A DNA stretch of 61,696 nt. It comes from an uncultured Mycoplasmatota bacterium. Lineage in GTDB: Bacteria > Bacillota_I > Bacilli_A > RF39 > UBA660. The translations under genes were made by a program, and so were the position numbers. Positions 29,131 to 39,476 of this stretch are shown piece by piece. Position 1 is the first letter of the stretch. Every line of letters begins with the position of its first letter. The stretch lies in assembly GCA_946413985.1 (NCBI GenBank), contig CAMKMS010000003.1, forward strand, positions 1 through 61,696, given 5' to 3'. Below the pieces are notes generated by a model that was not told the DNA's origin, searched no databases, and was given only the letters and a program-made list of their open reading frames with translations.

Positions 29131-29205
29131 GTGTAAAATATTTTATAATTAATTGCTACTTTTAAAATAAGCATGTATAATTATTATAAAGGATGGTATG
29201 TAATC

Positions 29206-29370
29206 ATGGATAAAAATGAAGGTAGTTCTAAAATTAAGCAACTAGAAAAAAATCGTGAGCAAGTGGAAAAAGAAATGAATGAATTTTCTAGATGTTTAGA
29301 TTTACTTGAAAAAACTGAGAGTTTAATAGCGTATTGCGATTCACTTTTAGAGAAAGAAGGTGAAAAATAG
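29206..29370 (+). CDS. Small helical hypothetical protein (~54 aa)
   Basis: MDKNEGSSKIKQLEKNREQVEKEM..., coiled-coil-like. Its stop lies 1 nt before the next ATG. The start is uncertain: the ORF track gives 29173. Confidence 0.4.
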   Translation: MDKNEGSSKIKQLEKNREQVEKEMNEFSRCLDLLEKTESLIAYCDSLLEKEGEK

Positions 29371-29371
29371 T

Positions 29372-30832
29372 ATGGAAAATACTGAATTAACAGAATTAGA
29401 ACAAAATATTGAAAAGATTAAAAACCTTATTTCTTATTCATCAAATATTGATAGGGAAAGTGTTGAAAAATTAAGAGATGTTTTAGAAGTAATTGATGGA
29501 ATCATCAGAATTAAACTTGCTGAAAATATTATTTCTAATAGTTCAGTAAAATCAAGAATCCAGGGAATTATAGATAAAAAAATAGATGAGTATAAAAAGA
29601 AAAAAGAAGAAATTGCTAGGTCAATACCTGAAGTTACTAATTATTCTGATGTAAGAATAGATGCATTAGATAAAGCAATTAGAACATTAGAAGATATTAA
29701 GAAAAATGTTCAAAAAGATTTTTATGATGGAGTATTAAAATCAATTTGTGGTGGAGATAAAGAATCTAGAAAAGATATTTTATACTATTGCTTGGATAGA
29801 CTTACAGAGGGCTATAATTATTATCCAAAATATTTAAAAGATGGATTATTAGTAGATGGAAATGGTAAACTTGCTAGGAGATATTCTGATAATGAGATAG
29901 TAATTAATAGAGATATTATAAATAAGATGTTTTCTATTTTATCTGATAAAGAATTTTGCCAAAGATTACGTGAATATTTTTCTGCTATAGCAAGAGCAGG
30001 TTATGCACAGTCAAATCTTGAAACAAGAGAAACTCTATTAATCAAATTGGATAGCTTAAAAAGAATGCGTAACTTTGATTTTAATGGAAGAGTAGCGGAA
30101 TTTAAAGATATTGTATATGAAGATGGGATATATGAGCACATTGCTGAAGAAAATAAATATAAAAATAAAATAAAACGTTTAAAGGATGAAAAGGCAAAGT
30201 ACTCTCGTGGATTTATTTCTAAATTATTTCATGGTAAAGAATTAATGGATTTGGAAGAAGAAATTGCAGATAAAGAAGCATTAGCTGGAATAAGTAATAC
30301 AACAGTAAAAAATGCTGTTAATAAAAGATTAGTTAGTGAACTAAGTAAACAATTTCCAGGAGCAGAAGAAACTCTAGATAAGATATTATTTACAAGCGTT
30401 AGTGAAACCGAAACGATAATTGACCAAGAAATTAAGAATGTAGAATCTAAGCTTGAAGAATTAAAAGATCAAGAATCTTATTATGATACAGAAATGAAAG
30501 CGGCTGCAGAAATATATCAATCACTTGGTGATAGAGTGGATAAAATTCCTGAAAGTGAATTACCATTATTTGAAAGTGTTGTAATGAGAAGTAATAGTAA
30601 TAAGTTTAGATTAATAGTATATATGTTAAAAGTTTTAAGTGATGTGGAAGGATTATCTTTTGATGAAGCTGTTAAAGGATATAGAGGCGGAGTTAAGAAA
30701 ATAGAAGCTTTATCACAATTCTATGAAGAACGTATTGGAGAGTATGAAAAGAAAAAAGAAGGAGAAATTAAATCTCAAATTGTAGCTGCTGAAGGAGAGT
30801 ATAAAGACTCAGAAATTCCAATTAGAAGATAA
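29372..30832 (+). CDS. Hypothetical coiled-coil protein (~486 aa), orphan
   Basis: ATG 29372 follows a GAAGGTGA RBS; the track GTG 29360 lies inside that RBS. K/E-rich helical sequence with no TM helix. No family recognised. Confidence 0.6.
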   Translation: MENTELTELEQNIEKIKNLISYSSNIDRESVEKLRDVLEVIDGIIRIKLAENIISNSSVKSRIQGIIDKKIDEYKKKKEEIARSIPEVTNYSDVRIDALDKAIRTLEDIKKNVQKDFYDGVLKSICGGDKESRKDILYYCLDRLTEGYNYYPKYLKDGLLVDGNGKLARRYSDNEIVINRDIINKMFSILSDKEFCQRLREYFSAIARAGYAQSNLETRETLLIKLDSLKRMRNFDFNGRVAEFKDIVYEDGIYEHIAEENKYKNKIKRLKDEKAKYSRGFISKLFHGKELMDLEEEIADKEALAGISNTTVKNAVNKRLVSELSKQFPGAEETLDKILFTSVSETETIIDQEIKNVESKLEELKDQESYYDTEMKAAAEIYQSLGDRVDKIPESELPLFESVVMRSNSNKFRLIVYMLKVLSDVEGLSFDEAVKGYRGGVKKIEALSQFYEERIGEYEKKKEGEIKSQIVAAEGEYKDSEIPIRR

Positions 30833-30836
30833 TATT

Positions 30837-30866
30837 AAAGAAACTTCATAATGAAGTTTCTTTTTT
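30837..30866. terminator. Bidirectional terminator
   Basis: GAAACTTCA-taa-TGAAGTTTC stem flanked by an A-run and a T-run, between convergent genes. Confidence 0.75.
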
Positions 30867-31563
30867 ATTCATTTAATCTTTTAGCATGTAATACTATTTT
30901 TCTATTATATGTATAGCATGAAGATAAGGTGAGTATTTTATCATTTGTATCAAGTTTAACATTATAATTATATATACTTCTATTTTCGATAGTATTTAAA
31001 AATACTTTAAAATCAGTTTTACTGGTAAAAGATGTTGTAATGTAGTAATCTTCTGTTTTAATTGTATAAGTACTAAAAACTTGATAATTAATTTTTTTAT
31101 TCTTTAAAAATATTGTAATTATGTGATTATCTTTATTTTTATACCAGTATTTTTTTATTACATTTTTAAGTGTTCCAAACATAGTTCCATCTTTTCTAGC
31201 ATGTGCATAAATGACTGTATTTTGATCATTAAAATCAGTATTGTTTTTGTAATCCATAAATAGCCATCCGCTATTAGAATATGTTTTATCTATAGAATGA
31301 TTTAAATAAAATGAATTATCATATGTTTTTAAAAATGGATAATTTATATTGGTATTATTTACTCTTAAAAATCCCACAGTATCATTATTCATATTTTTGA
31401 AATAGTCAATACTAATCATTCTTTCTTCTTTTGATGGAACTATTTCTTTATTTATTTCACTTATTATTTCTTTTGTGTGATGTGAATCTTTAATCCATAT
31501 TAAAACATTTACTATTGAATATATAAATAGTGTAGTAAAAATAATAAGAATTATTTTTTTCAT
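30865..31563 (-). CDS. srtB: Class B-like sortase
   Basis: N-terminal TM anchor, His motif VIYAHARKDGTMFGTL, catalytic Cys in LTLSSCY, and a C-terminal Arg (LHAKR). Lies 21 nt downstream of the PBP gene. Confidence 0.75.
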   Translation of the reverse strand: MKKIILIIFTTLFIYSIVNVLIWIKDSHHTKEIISEINKEIVPSKEERMISIDYFKNMNNDTVGFLRVNNTNINYPFLKTYDNSFYLNHSIDKTYSNSGWLFMDYKNNTDFNDQNTVIYAHARKDGTMFGTLKNVIKKYWYKNKDNHIITIFLKNKKINYQVFSTYTIKTEDYYITTSFTSKTDFKVFLNTIENRSIYNYNVKLDTNDKILTLSSCYTYNRKIVLHAKRLNE

Positions 31564-31584
31564 TAGTTATTATGTTAAATCTAA

Positions 31585-33657
31585 TTATTGTTTATTGTCT
31601 TCTTTTTTGTTTTCAGTTTCTTCTTTCTTTGGAGCATCTGCAACTCTAGTTGTAGGTTGCGTTCCTTTTATGAATAAATGTGTTTGTATTTTACTTCTTG
31701 GAGTTGAAGCAGATGGTAGTTTTGGTGGATTTGTTCCAAAGACTACTTGTGAATAAACAAGACCACTTGGACGAGTAAAAGTTGAATATTTTTTATGTAT
31801 TTTATTATTAATTTCTGCTTGTATTTTTTTTCTTTCTTCTCTTGCTTCATTAGTAGTATTATATGTTGATCTTGTTAATTTATCATATCCATACCATATA
31901 GCAACGCTATAATCTTTAGTAAATGTTGCTGTCCATGAATCTTGTATTACTTCACGATTTAATCCAAGACGTCTTAATCTTGTTTCATCATATGAACTTG
32001 TACCTGTCTTAGTAGCAATTTCTGTTCCTCTTACATATACTTGTGATGGTGTAACTCCTTGTAATATATATGCGATCATATAAGCAGTTGTTGCTTTCAT
32101 AACTCTTTTCTTTTTAAAATTGAATTTTTCAACAATATCTCCTGTTGATGTTTTATAAACAATTTTTTTAACAGAATGTGGTTCAGTATAATAACCACCA
32201 TTTCCAAAAGCAGAATATGCAGCAGCTAATTGTACTGGAGATACACCAGTAAATGCACCTATTGCATGTGCTTCATGAATGTATTTTGTTTTTCCTAAGT
32301 ATTCTGGTTTTATTCCAAGAGATGTTACAAATTTATTAATTTTATCATTACTTACTGCTTGAAATGCTTGAAGAGCACAAGTGTTTCTTGAGTCAACTAA
32401 ACATTCTTTTAGTGTTAAAAATCCTCTATATCTATAATCATAGTTTTGCATTATACCACCATCTGAATATCTTACAGGCTGATCCATAAAAGGAGTATAT
32501 GTTGACCAATTTTTGTATTCAATACCTGGACCATAATCAAATAATGGTTTAGCAGTAGAACCTGGATGACGTTTTATTTGAGTAGCATAGTTTAATGACA
32601 TTTCTGTTTTTTTATTACGACCAGCTCCTACTGCTACAATTGCTCCTGTTTTATTATCAATAACACCAATTCCTACTTGAACTTTTTTATCTTTAAATTT
32701 ATGTTTTTTATAGAAATTATTTATTACATCTTGTTTACTCTTTACCATAGTTGAATATATATCCATACTAACTTCATATGGATTGTTGCCAGTTCTATCA
32801 ATTACTTCTTGTACAACTGTATCAATAAATCCTTGATATTTATTAATCTTACTTGGTTGTTTTTTTAGTAATTTTTTAATATTTACTTTTAAGGCTGCAT
32901 TAGCCTCTGTTTCAGTTATAAATCCATGTCTTAACATCAGATTAATTACTTCATTTTTTCTTTCATTAGTTTTACTTGGATTAACGTATGGATCATATTC
33001 TCCAGGTGCTTGGAACATTCCAGCTATCATTGCTGCTTCAACTAAATTAATATTTCCAACATTTTTATTAAAATAGGTTTTAGCTGCCATAGCAACACCA
33101 TAGTTTCCACCACCTAAATATGGAGCATTTACATAAAATTCAAGTATTTCTTCTTTTGAATAGTCTCTCTCAATTTTGAACATTGACATATATACATCAG
33201 TAAATTTTCTTATTACACCAGCTATGCCTCTTGATTCAGTAGATGTAAATGAATTTTTTGATACTTGCATTGTTATAGTCGAAGCACCACCTGCATCTTT
33301 TCCTGAAAAGAATCCATAACTTGCTATCATAAATCTTGGTAAATCTACACCATTATGTTCAAAAAATCTTGCATCTTCAGTTGCTAAAATTGCATCTATT
33401 AAAACTTGAGGTAATTCTTTATATTCTACAATCTGTCTTTTCTCAGTACCAATAGTAGCTATTAAATTACCTTTTGAATCATATATGTTAGATGATTCTT
33501 TTTTATAAAGTAAGTCTTTATTAAACTCAGGGGCATTTATATAAATGAAATACATAAATCCGCATCCAGCCATAATAAAAATGACTATAAAAACAATGAT
33601 TATAGCACTAATATTATTGATTAAGTTAAATTTATGTTTCTTAACTTTTGTTTTCAT
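31585..33657 (-). CDS. Bifunctional class A penicillin-binding protein (glycosyltransferase GT51 plus transpeptidase)
   Basis: GT51 motifs ATEDARFFEHNGVD and GGSTITMQ. Transpeptidase motifs STAKP (SxxK) and KTGTS. N-terminal TM helix. Confidence 0.9.
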   Translation of the reverse strand: MKTKVKKHKFNLINNISAIIIVFIVIFIMAGCGFMYFIYINAPEFNKDLLYKKESSNIYDSKGNLIATIGTEKRQIVEYKELPQVLIDAILATEDARFFEHNGVDLPRFMIASYGFFSGKDAGGASTITMQVSKNSFTSTESRGIAGVIRKFTDVYMSMFKIERDYSKEEILEFYVNAPYLGGGNYGVAMAAKTYFNKNVGNINLVEAAMIAGMFQAPGEYDPYVNPSKTNERKNEVINLMLRHGFITETEANAALKVNIKKLLKKQPSKINKYQGFIDTVVQEVIDRTGNNPYEVSMDIYSTMVKSKQDVINNFYKKHKFKDKKVQVGIGVIDNKTGAIVAVGAGRNKKTEMSLNYATQIKRHPGSTAKPLFDYGPGIEYKNWSTYTPFMDQPVRYSDGGIMQNYDYRYRGFLTLKECLVDSRNTCALQAFQAVSNDKINKFVTSLGIKPEYLGKTKYIHEAHAIGAFTGVSPVQLAAAYSAFGNGGYYTEPHSVKKIVYKTSTGDIVEKFNFKKKRVMKATTAYMIAYILQGVTPSQVYVRGTEIATKTGTSSYDETRLRRLGLNREVIQDSWTATFTKDYSVAIWYGYDKLTRSTYNTTNEAREERKKIQAEINNKIHKKYSTFTRPSGLVYSQVVFGTNPPKLPSASTPRSKIQTHLFIKGTQPTTRVADAPKKEETENKKEDNKQ

Positions 33658-33742
33658 TTATTTCCCCCTATAAGAAGTATAACACAATATTATTATGAAC
33701 TAAAAGAGAAATTTAATACTTTTTTAAATTTTTTTAAGTTAT

Positions 33743-33771
33743 TTTACTTTATAAATTAGAAATGTTATAAT
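33743..33771 (+). promoter_or_regulatory. SigA-type promoter for the lipid kinase gene
   Basis: TTTACT, a 17-nt spacer, then an extended -10 TGtTATAAT (33763-33771). The ORF-track ATG at 33772 would then fall upstream of the transcription start, which supports ATG 33796. Confidence 0.45.
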
Positions 33772-33795
33772 ATGCGTGTAATAAGGAGGATTATT

Positions 33796-34740
33796 ATGTT
33801 AAATTGTGTCGTTATTTATAATCCTAATAGTGGAAGATTATCTAATAGAAATGATGTTAAAAAAATTCATAAAATATTAGAGAATTATGGATATGAGACA
33901 AAAATAATTTATACAGAGTATAGAGGTCATGCTAAAGAAATAACCAAAAGTTTAAAGGATTGTGATTTATTACTTTGCGCTGGAGGAGATGGAACATTAA
34001 ATGAAGTAATAAGTGGTAATATTGAAAGAAAAAAGCCAATACTTTTAGGTCATCTTCCTCTTGGTAGTGTTAATGATGTTGCTCATATGTATGGAATGAG
34101 TGGTAATACTATTAAGAATATTGCTCTTTTATTAAATGGAGTAAAAAAGAATATTGATGTTTGCTTAATAAATGGAAGCCCATTTGTATATGTTGCTTGT
34201 ATGGGTGCATTTGTAGATATTTCATATGCTACTCCAAGAAAATTAAAAGAAAAATATGGACGTATAGCATATGTAATGTATGGTATTAAACAATTGAAGG
34301 AAAAAATTGAATTTAAAAAATTAAAGTATACTGTTGATGGGGAAACTTATGAAGATGAATTCTCTTTTATATTTATAACTAATAGTAATAGAGTTGGTGG
34401 AATGAATATAAAAGATATATATGATGATGTTAAATTAGATGATAATAAGTTTGAAGTATTAATGTGTAAAATTAAAAATAAATGGGATATTTTAAAAGCA
34501 ATTCATTATATTAAAAGAAGGGAATTAAATGATATTCCAATGTTTACATATTTTAAAACTAATTATATTAAATTTGAATTTGAGAATATTCCACCATCTT
34601 GGTGTATTGATGGGGATGAATTAACTCATGAGGAAAAAGTGTTTGAAATAAGCATTAATAAAGATAATTATATGATGCTTCCAAGTAAAAATGTTAGTCT
34701 TCTTTTTGAGAACAAAAGTGATGAAGAAGAAAATGAATAA
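33796..34740 (+). CDS. Diacylglycerol kinase-family lipid kinase (DagK/YegS-like)
   Basis: AGGAGG RBS. VIYNPNSG and GGDGTLNEV motifs. Confidence 0.85.
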   Translation: MLNCVVIYNPNSGRLSNRNDVKKIHKILENYGYETKIIYTEYRGHAKEITKSLKDCDLLLCAGGDGTLNEVISGNIERKKPILLGHLPLGSVNDVAHMYGMSGNTIKNIALLLNGVKKNIDVCLINGSPFVYVACMGAFVDISYATPRKLKEKYGRIAYVMYGIKQLKEKIEFKKLKYTVDGETYEDEFSFIFITNSNRVGGMNIKDIYDDVKLDDNKFEVLMCKIKNKWDILKAIHYIKRRELNDIPMFTYFKTNYIKFEFENIPPSWCIDGDELTHEEKVFEISINKDNYMMLPSKNVSLLFENKSDEEENE

Positions 34741-34767
34741 AAAGGATTTTAAAATCCTTTTTTTTAT
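34741..34767 (+). terminator. Rho-independent terminator
   Basis: AAAGGATT-ttaa-AATCCTTT palindrome followed by TTTTTTT. Confidence 0.75.
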
Positions 34768-34798
34768 TTTATAATATATATAATAGGAGGAAATGATT

Positions 34799-35758
34799 AT
34801 GCAAGTGATTAAAGCAATTGTTTTGTTACTAGTTGGTTTTGTTTTAATTGTAAAATGTTCTGATATATTTGTTGATGCTATTAGTAGTATTGCTTCATAT
34901 TGCAAAATGAGTAAAATGATGATTGCTCTTACTATAGGTGCATTTGGAACATGTGCTCCAGAACTTGCCATATCATTTTCAAGTATTAGTAGTGGAAATG
35001 GAGATATAGCTCTTGCTAATGTAATTGGTAGTTGTGTAATTAATATAACACTGGTTATTGGTATGGCGTGTTGTATATCCCCAATAAAAGTTAAAAATGA
35101 ATCAATTAAGAAAGAATTACCTATACTTCTTTTGGTTACAACAATGTTTTCCTTATCCTCTGTACTACATAAAGTAGAAGACAGTTCAATATTTGTTCTT
35201 GGAAGATTAGATGGATTATTATATGTATTCTTATTTTGTACATTTATGTTTTATATTTTATCTGTTATAAAAGCTAAAAAAGGTGTATTTGAATTTTTTA
35301 AACCAAAGTATAGTTTGCCAAAATCTTTAATATATACAGTAGTATGTGGTGTTTTAATAGTGGTTGCAAGTGATTTAATAGTTGATAATGCTGTAGAATT
35401 ATCATCTATGTTAAATATAAGTACAAAAATAATAACAATGACTATTGTTGTAATTGGTACATCTCTTCCAGAAATGACTATGACTGTAATAGCAGCAAAA
35501 AAGGGTGAATTTGATATTGCTCTTGGTAATATAATTGGAACAAATATATTTAATATTGGAATAGTACTAGGATTACCATTATTAATATATGGAAATATTT
35601 CCAGTAATCATTTTTCTTTAATAGATATGTTCTTTGTGTTATTATCAGCAGTATTATTGTATGTATTCTCTAAAAACGATAGGGTATTATCTAGAAAAGA
35701 AGGAGCTATATTTATAATAGTCTTTGTAATATATTATTCATATTTATTTATCGTTTAA
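34799..35758 (+). CDS. Ca2+/cation antiporter (CaCA, YrbG-like) membrane protein
   Basis: Two alpha-repeat motifs, GTCAPELAISF and GTSLPEMTMTV. About 10 TM helices. ATG 34799 lies 8 nt after AGGAGG; ATG 34793 is also possible. Confidence 0.8.
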   Translation: MQVIKAIVLLLVGFVLIVKCSDIFVDAISSIASYCKMSKMMIALTIGAFGTCAPELAISFSSISSGNGDIALANVIGSCVINITLVIGMACCISPIKVKNESIKKELPILLLVTTMFSLSSVLHKVEDSSIFVLGRLDGLLYVFLFCTFMFYILSVIKAKKGVFEFFKPKYSLPKSLIYTVVCGVLIVVASDLIVDNAVELSSMLNISTKIITMTIVVIGTSLPEMTMTVIAAKKGEFDIALGNIIGTNIFNIGIVLGLPLLIYGNISSNHFSLIDMFFVLLSAVLLYVFSKNDRVLSRKEGAIFIIVFVIYYSYLFIV

Positions 35759-35788
35759 ACTAATATCTTTTATTGATATTAGTTTTTT
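35758..35788 (+). terminator. Rho-independent terminator
   Basis: AACTAATATC-ttttatt-GATATTAGTT stem followed by TTTT. Confidence 0.75.
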
Positions 35789-35849
35789 ATTAAAATATTA
35801 GTGGAATAAAAACTCATTATATAGTATAATAATATAGGAGTTTTTTGAT

Positions 35850-38783
35850 ATGGAGTTTAATACAAAAAAATTTAAAAATAATATAATGTTTTTTATAGTT
35901 TGTATAGCTTTAATAGTAGTTTTATCTCTATTAACTCTTTTGGGTGAAAAAAGTAAGAATTATTATGATGAAAAAGATCTTACAGATAATGAAGTAAGTA
36001 TTAATAAACTTGTATTAAATGAATTAATGTCATCGAATAAAGGTGCCATAGCTTATGAAGATGGAAAACTATATGATTATATTGAAATATATAATGGTAA
36101 TGATCATGATATCAATTTAAAAAACTATGGTTTATCAGATAATAACAAAGAAGTAAAATGGGTTTTTCCTGATGTTACGATTGAGTCAAAGGCATATATG
36201 GTAATATTCTTAACTGGAAAAACAACTAATACTAGTGCTAACTTTAAATTAAAAAGTGGTGGTGGTGAAGTAGTAGCTTTATTAAAACCAAATGGAAAAG
36301 CAGTTGATGCGATTGAAACTGTGGCTCTTGATGGAAATACTGTTATGGCAAGAAATGAAGAAGGATCTTGGGTTATTCAAGATAAACCAACACCTGGATT
36401 TGCAAATACTATAAGTGGACATAAAGAATACTTAGAATCTTTAATGAGTAAAGATGAAAAAGAAATAGTAATAAATGAAATATTACCAGAAAACAAGGGA
36501 AATTTTAAAAATAAATCTGGTGTATATAGTGGATATATTGAAATAAAAAATATAAGTAACAAAAGTATTAATCTTGAAGGATATAGTTTATCTAATAGTG
36601 AAAATGCTCCTTTTAAATGGACTATTCCAAATGTTGTTTTACCAAGTAAAAGTGTTATGGTTATTTATACAAGTGGTGTTAGTAGTATTGAGGATGAACT
36701 AAGTACAAACTTTAAGTTAAAAAATAAAAATGGTGTAGTAATACTTAGTAATAATAAAGGTAAAATAATAGAAAAAGTTGAATATGAAAATCTAGGGAAT
36801 GGACTTGCTTATATTAGAGAAGATGATAAATTCTTAACAAATAATTCTATTAGTCCAGGATATCCTAATACTCTTGATGGTATTAAAGCTTTTCAAAAAA
36901 AATATTTAGTTAAAGTAAAAGATTTAATCATTAATGAAGTTATGAATTCTAATTATGAATATTTGGCACAGAATGGTGGAAAATATTATGATTGGATTGA
37001 ATTATATAATAATAGTGATAAGACAATTAATTTAAGTGATTATTGCCTAACTACTAATATTAATACTGCTTGTATGTATAATCTTGAAAAAAAGGAATTA
37101 AAGAGTAAAGAGTACTATATAGTAATGGCATCAGGTGATAAAAATTTATCAAATAAAAAGTATAAACATGCTGACTTTAAATTAGGAAGTACTGAGGGAA
37201 TTTATTTAACAAAGGATGATAAAATAATTGATACATTATTTATTGCTAATGTACCAAATGGTTATTCAATTGGAAAAGGTAGTAGTAGTGGAATTTATTA
37301 TTTTAGTAAACCAACTCCAGGAAAAGAAAATGATAGTGGTAAACAAGCTATATCATATTTACCAAGTGCTTCGGTTAAAAGTAAAATAATAAATAAAACA
37401 AAGGGATTCAAAGTAACTCTTAGTGGAAAAGATAATATTTATTATACGCTTGATGGTTCAGAGCCAACAACGTCTTCAAAAGTATACAGTAGTCCTCTTA
37501 CTATTAAGAAGACTACTGTTTTAAGAATAATGGCTAAAGAGGATGGAAAACTTAAAAGTGCTGTTAATACATATTCATATATAGTAAATGAAAATCATAC
37601 TTTACCAGTATTATCTTTAGCAATTGATGAAGATGATCTTAGCCATGTTAATTACAATACATCTCTAACAAGTAAAGTTCAAGAACCTGTTAATGTAGAA
37701 TTAATAGAACAAGATGGTAGTGGTTTTCAAGTAAATGGTGGCTTAAAACTATTTGGTGGTTCAACAAGATTTATGAGAAAGAAAAGCTATGAAATAAAAT
37801 TTAAAAAGAAATATGGGGATGCTCATTTGAATTATCCTTTATTTGATAGCGTAGATAGTAGTTCTTTTGAATCAATTGTTTTAAGGACTGGATCTCAAGA
37901 TGAATTTACAGCTTATTATGATGAGGGTGAAGAAGGTAGAACTTTAATTCGTGATATAGTGGCAACATCACTTGTTGGCGAGTATACAAATGTTGATGTT
38001 CAAGCATATAAACCGGTAGTACTATATATTAATGGTTCTTATTGGGGTCTATATTTTATTCGTGAAAAAGTTGATGAAAATTTTGTATCTAATCATTATA
38101 ATGTTAAAACTACAGAAGATGATACTGATATATTAAGAATTGATGGAGAAGTTAAATCTGGAAGTAATAAAGCATATAATGAAATGATGAGTTTTATTTA
38201 TAATAATTCATTAAGTGATAGTAATAATTATAAAAAAATAAAGGGATTAATTGATATAGAAAACTTATGTGATTTTTGGTTTGCTGAGATATGGACTAAT
38301 AATTATGATATAGTAAATACTAGATATTTTAGAAATAAGAATATTGATAATGGAAAATGGAAATTTATTTTTTATGATTTAGATAGTGGCTTATATCATG
38401 AAACTGGTTATGGATTTAATTATTATACTAGAGCTCAAGGTATTGGTTATGGTAATTTTAGTACAGCTCTTTTAAGAAATCTAATGAAAAGTAGTGAATT
38501 TAAAGAAACTTTCTTAAAAAGAATGAGTTATAATTTAAAAAACACATGGAGTGCTAAGAATTATGAAAAGAAAGTTGATGAAGTAGTTAAAGAAATTGGA
38601 AAAGATGAAATGAAAAGAAATCTTGAAAGATGGGATAATATGTCGTATAGTACTTGGCAGATGCATGTTAATGATTTAAAAGCTTTTGCTAGAAAAAGAA
38701 ATAAAGCTGTAATAGAAGATGCTAGATCTTATTTTGGATTATCAAGTGCAGAAGTTAAGAAGTATTTTGGTGATGTGGAATGA
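35850..38783 (+). CDS. Membrane-anchored CotH-family kinase-fold protein with three lamin-tail-domain-like repeats and a chitobiase/hexosaminidase-C-like module
   Basis: N-terminal TM helix. Three LTD-like repeats (INELMSSN...YIEIYNGNDHDINL, INEILPEN...YIEIKNISNKSINL, INEVMNSN...WIELYNNSDKTINL). IYYTLDGSEPTTSSKVYSSPLTI segment. CotH core motifs LRTGSQD, YINGSYWGLYFIREK and FYDLDSG. Confidence 0.8.
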   Translation: MEFNTKKFKNNIMFFIVCIALIVVLSLLTLLGEKSKNYYDEKDLTDNEVSINKLVLNELMSSNKGAIAYEDGKLYDYIEIYNGNDHDINLKNYGLSDNNKEVKWVFPDVTIESKAYMVIFLTGKTTNTSANFKLKSGGGEVVALLKPNGKAVDAIETVALDGNTVMARNEEGSWVIQDKPTPGFANTISGHKEYLESLMSKDEKEIVINEILPENKGNFKNKSGVYSGYIEIKNISNKSINLEGYSLSNSENAPFKWTIPNVVLPSKSVMVIYTSGVSSIEDELSTNFKLKNKNGVVILSNNKGKIIEKVEYENLGNGLAYIREDDKFLTNNSISPGYPNTLDGIKAFQKKYLVKVKDLIINEVMNSNYEYLAQNGGKYYDWIELYNNSDKTINLSDYCLTTNINTACMYNLEKKELKSKEYYIVMASGDKNLSNKKYKHADFKLGSTEGIYLTKDDKIIDTLFIANVPNGYSIGKGSSSGIYYFSKPTPGKENDSGKQAISYLPSASVKSKIINKTKGFKVTLSGKDNIYYTLDGSEPTTSSKVYSSPLTIKKTTVLRIMAKEDGKLKSAVNTYSYIVNENHTLPVLSLAIDEDDLSHVNYNTSLTSKVQEPVNVELIEQDGSGFQVNGGLKLFGGSTRFMRKKSYEIKFKKKYGDAHLNYPLFDSVDSSSFESIVLRTGSQDEFTAYYDEGEEGRTLIRDIVATSLVGEYTNVDVQAYKPVVLYINGSYWGLYFIREKVDENFVSNHYNVKTTEDDTDILRIDGEVKSGSNKAYNEMMSFIYNNSLSDSNNYKKIKGLIDIENLCDFWFAEIWTNNYDIVNTRYFRNKNIDNGKWKFIFYDLDSGLYHETGYGFNYYTRAQGIGYGNFSTALLRNLMKSSEFKETFLKRMSYNLKNTWSAKNYEKKVDEVVKEIGKDEMKRNLERWDNMSYSTWQMHVNDLKAFARKRNKAVIEDARSYFGLSSAEVKKYFGDVE

Positions 38784-39466
38784 AAGAATATAAATATAGA
38801 CATGAATTAAAATTTAAAATATCAGAAAGTGCTAGTGAAGTATTAAAACAGAAATTATCTTTAATAATGGCTACTGATGATAATGCTTTTTTTGAAGATG
38901 GATCATATTTAATTAAGAGTTTATATTTTGATGATTTGAATTCTAAGTCATATTATGAAAAAATGGATGGTGTATTATACAGAAAGAAATATAGAATTAG
39001 AATTTATAATGACGATGATTCATTTATTAGGCTTGAAAAGAAAATGAAACATAATAATATGACTGCTAAAGAGCAAATGTTGATTTCAAAGGATATCTAT
39101 TGTAAAATATTAAATGGTAATTATGATGAGATTCATAATGCAGAGGGGTTGTTATTAGAATTTCTAAATGACGCTAAAACTAAAGGTTTAATACCTTCAA
39201 TAATAGTTGGTTACCATAGAATAGCATTTATTTATCCAATAAGTGATGTTAGAATAACATTTGATTCTAATATTGAAAGTGGGCTATATAATTATGATTT
39301 GTTTGATAGTAATATGCCTACATATAGAGTTGATGAAAAAGGAAAAATAGTGCTTGAAGTTAAATTTAATGAAGTATTACCTTTACATATAGCAAATATA
39401 TTAAATGATATTCCATCGTGTAGGGAAGCAGTTAGTAAATTTGCAATATGTAGAAGTATAAAGTAA
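38780..39466 (+). CDS. VTC-domain (polyphosphate polymerase / triphosphate-tunnel fold) protein
   Basis: YRHELKFKI..., IKSLYFDD, YRIRIYN and LEKKMK strand pattern typical of bacterial VTC/CYTH-like proteins. Its ATG overlaps the cotH stop (ATGA). Confidence 0.65.
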   Translation: MKEYKYRHELKFKISESASEVLKQKLSLIMATDDNAFFEDGSYLIKSLYFDDLNSKSYYEKMDGVLYRKKYRIRIYNDDDSFIRLEKKMKHNNMTAKEQMLISKDIYCKILNGNYDEIHNAEGLLLEFLNDAKTKGLIPSIIVGYHRIAFIYPISDVRITFDSNIESGLYNYDLFDSNMPTYRVDEKGKIVLEVKFNEVLPLHIANILNDIPSCREAVSKFAICRSIK

Positions 39467-39476
39467 GGAGTAAAAT

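Noticed and set aside
34621-34971. 116-aa minus-strand ORF spanning the end of the lipid kinase gene, a terminator and the start of the CaCA gene
   Set aside because: It crosses a clear plus-strand terminator and overlaps two well-supported genes antisense. The sequence is low-complexity.
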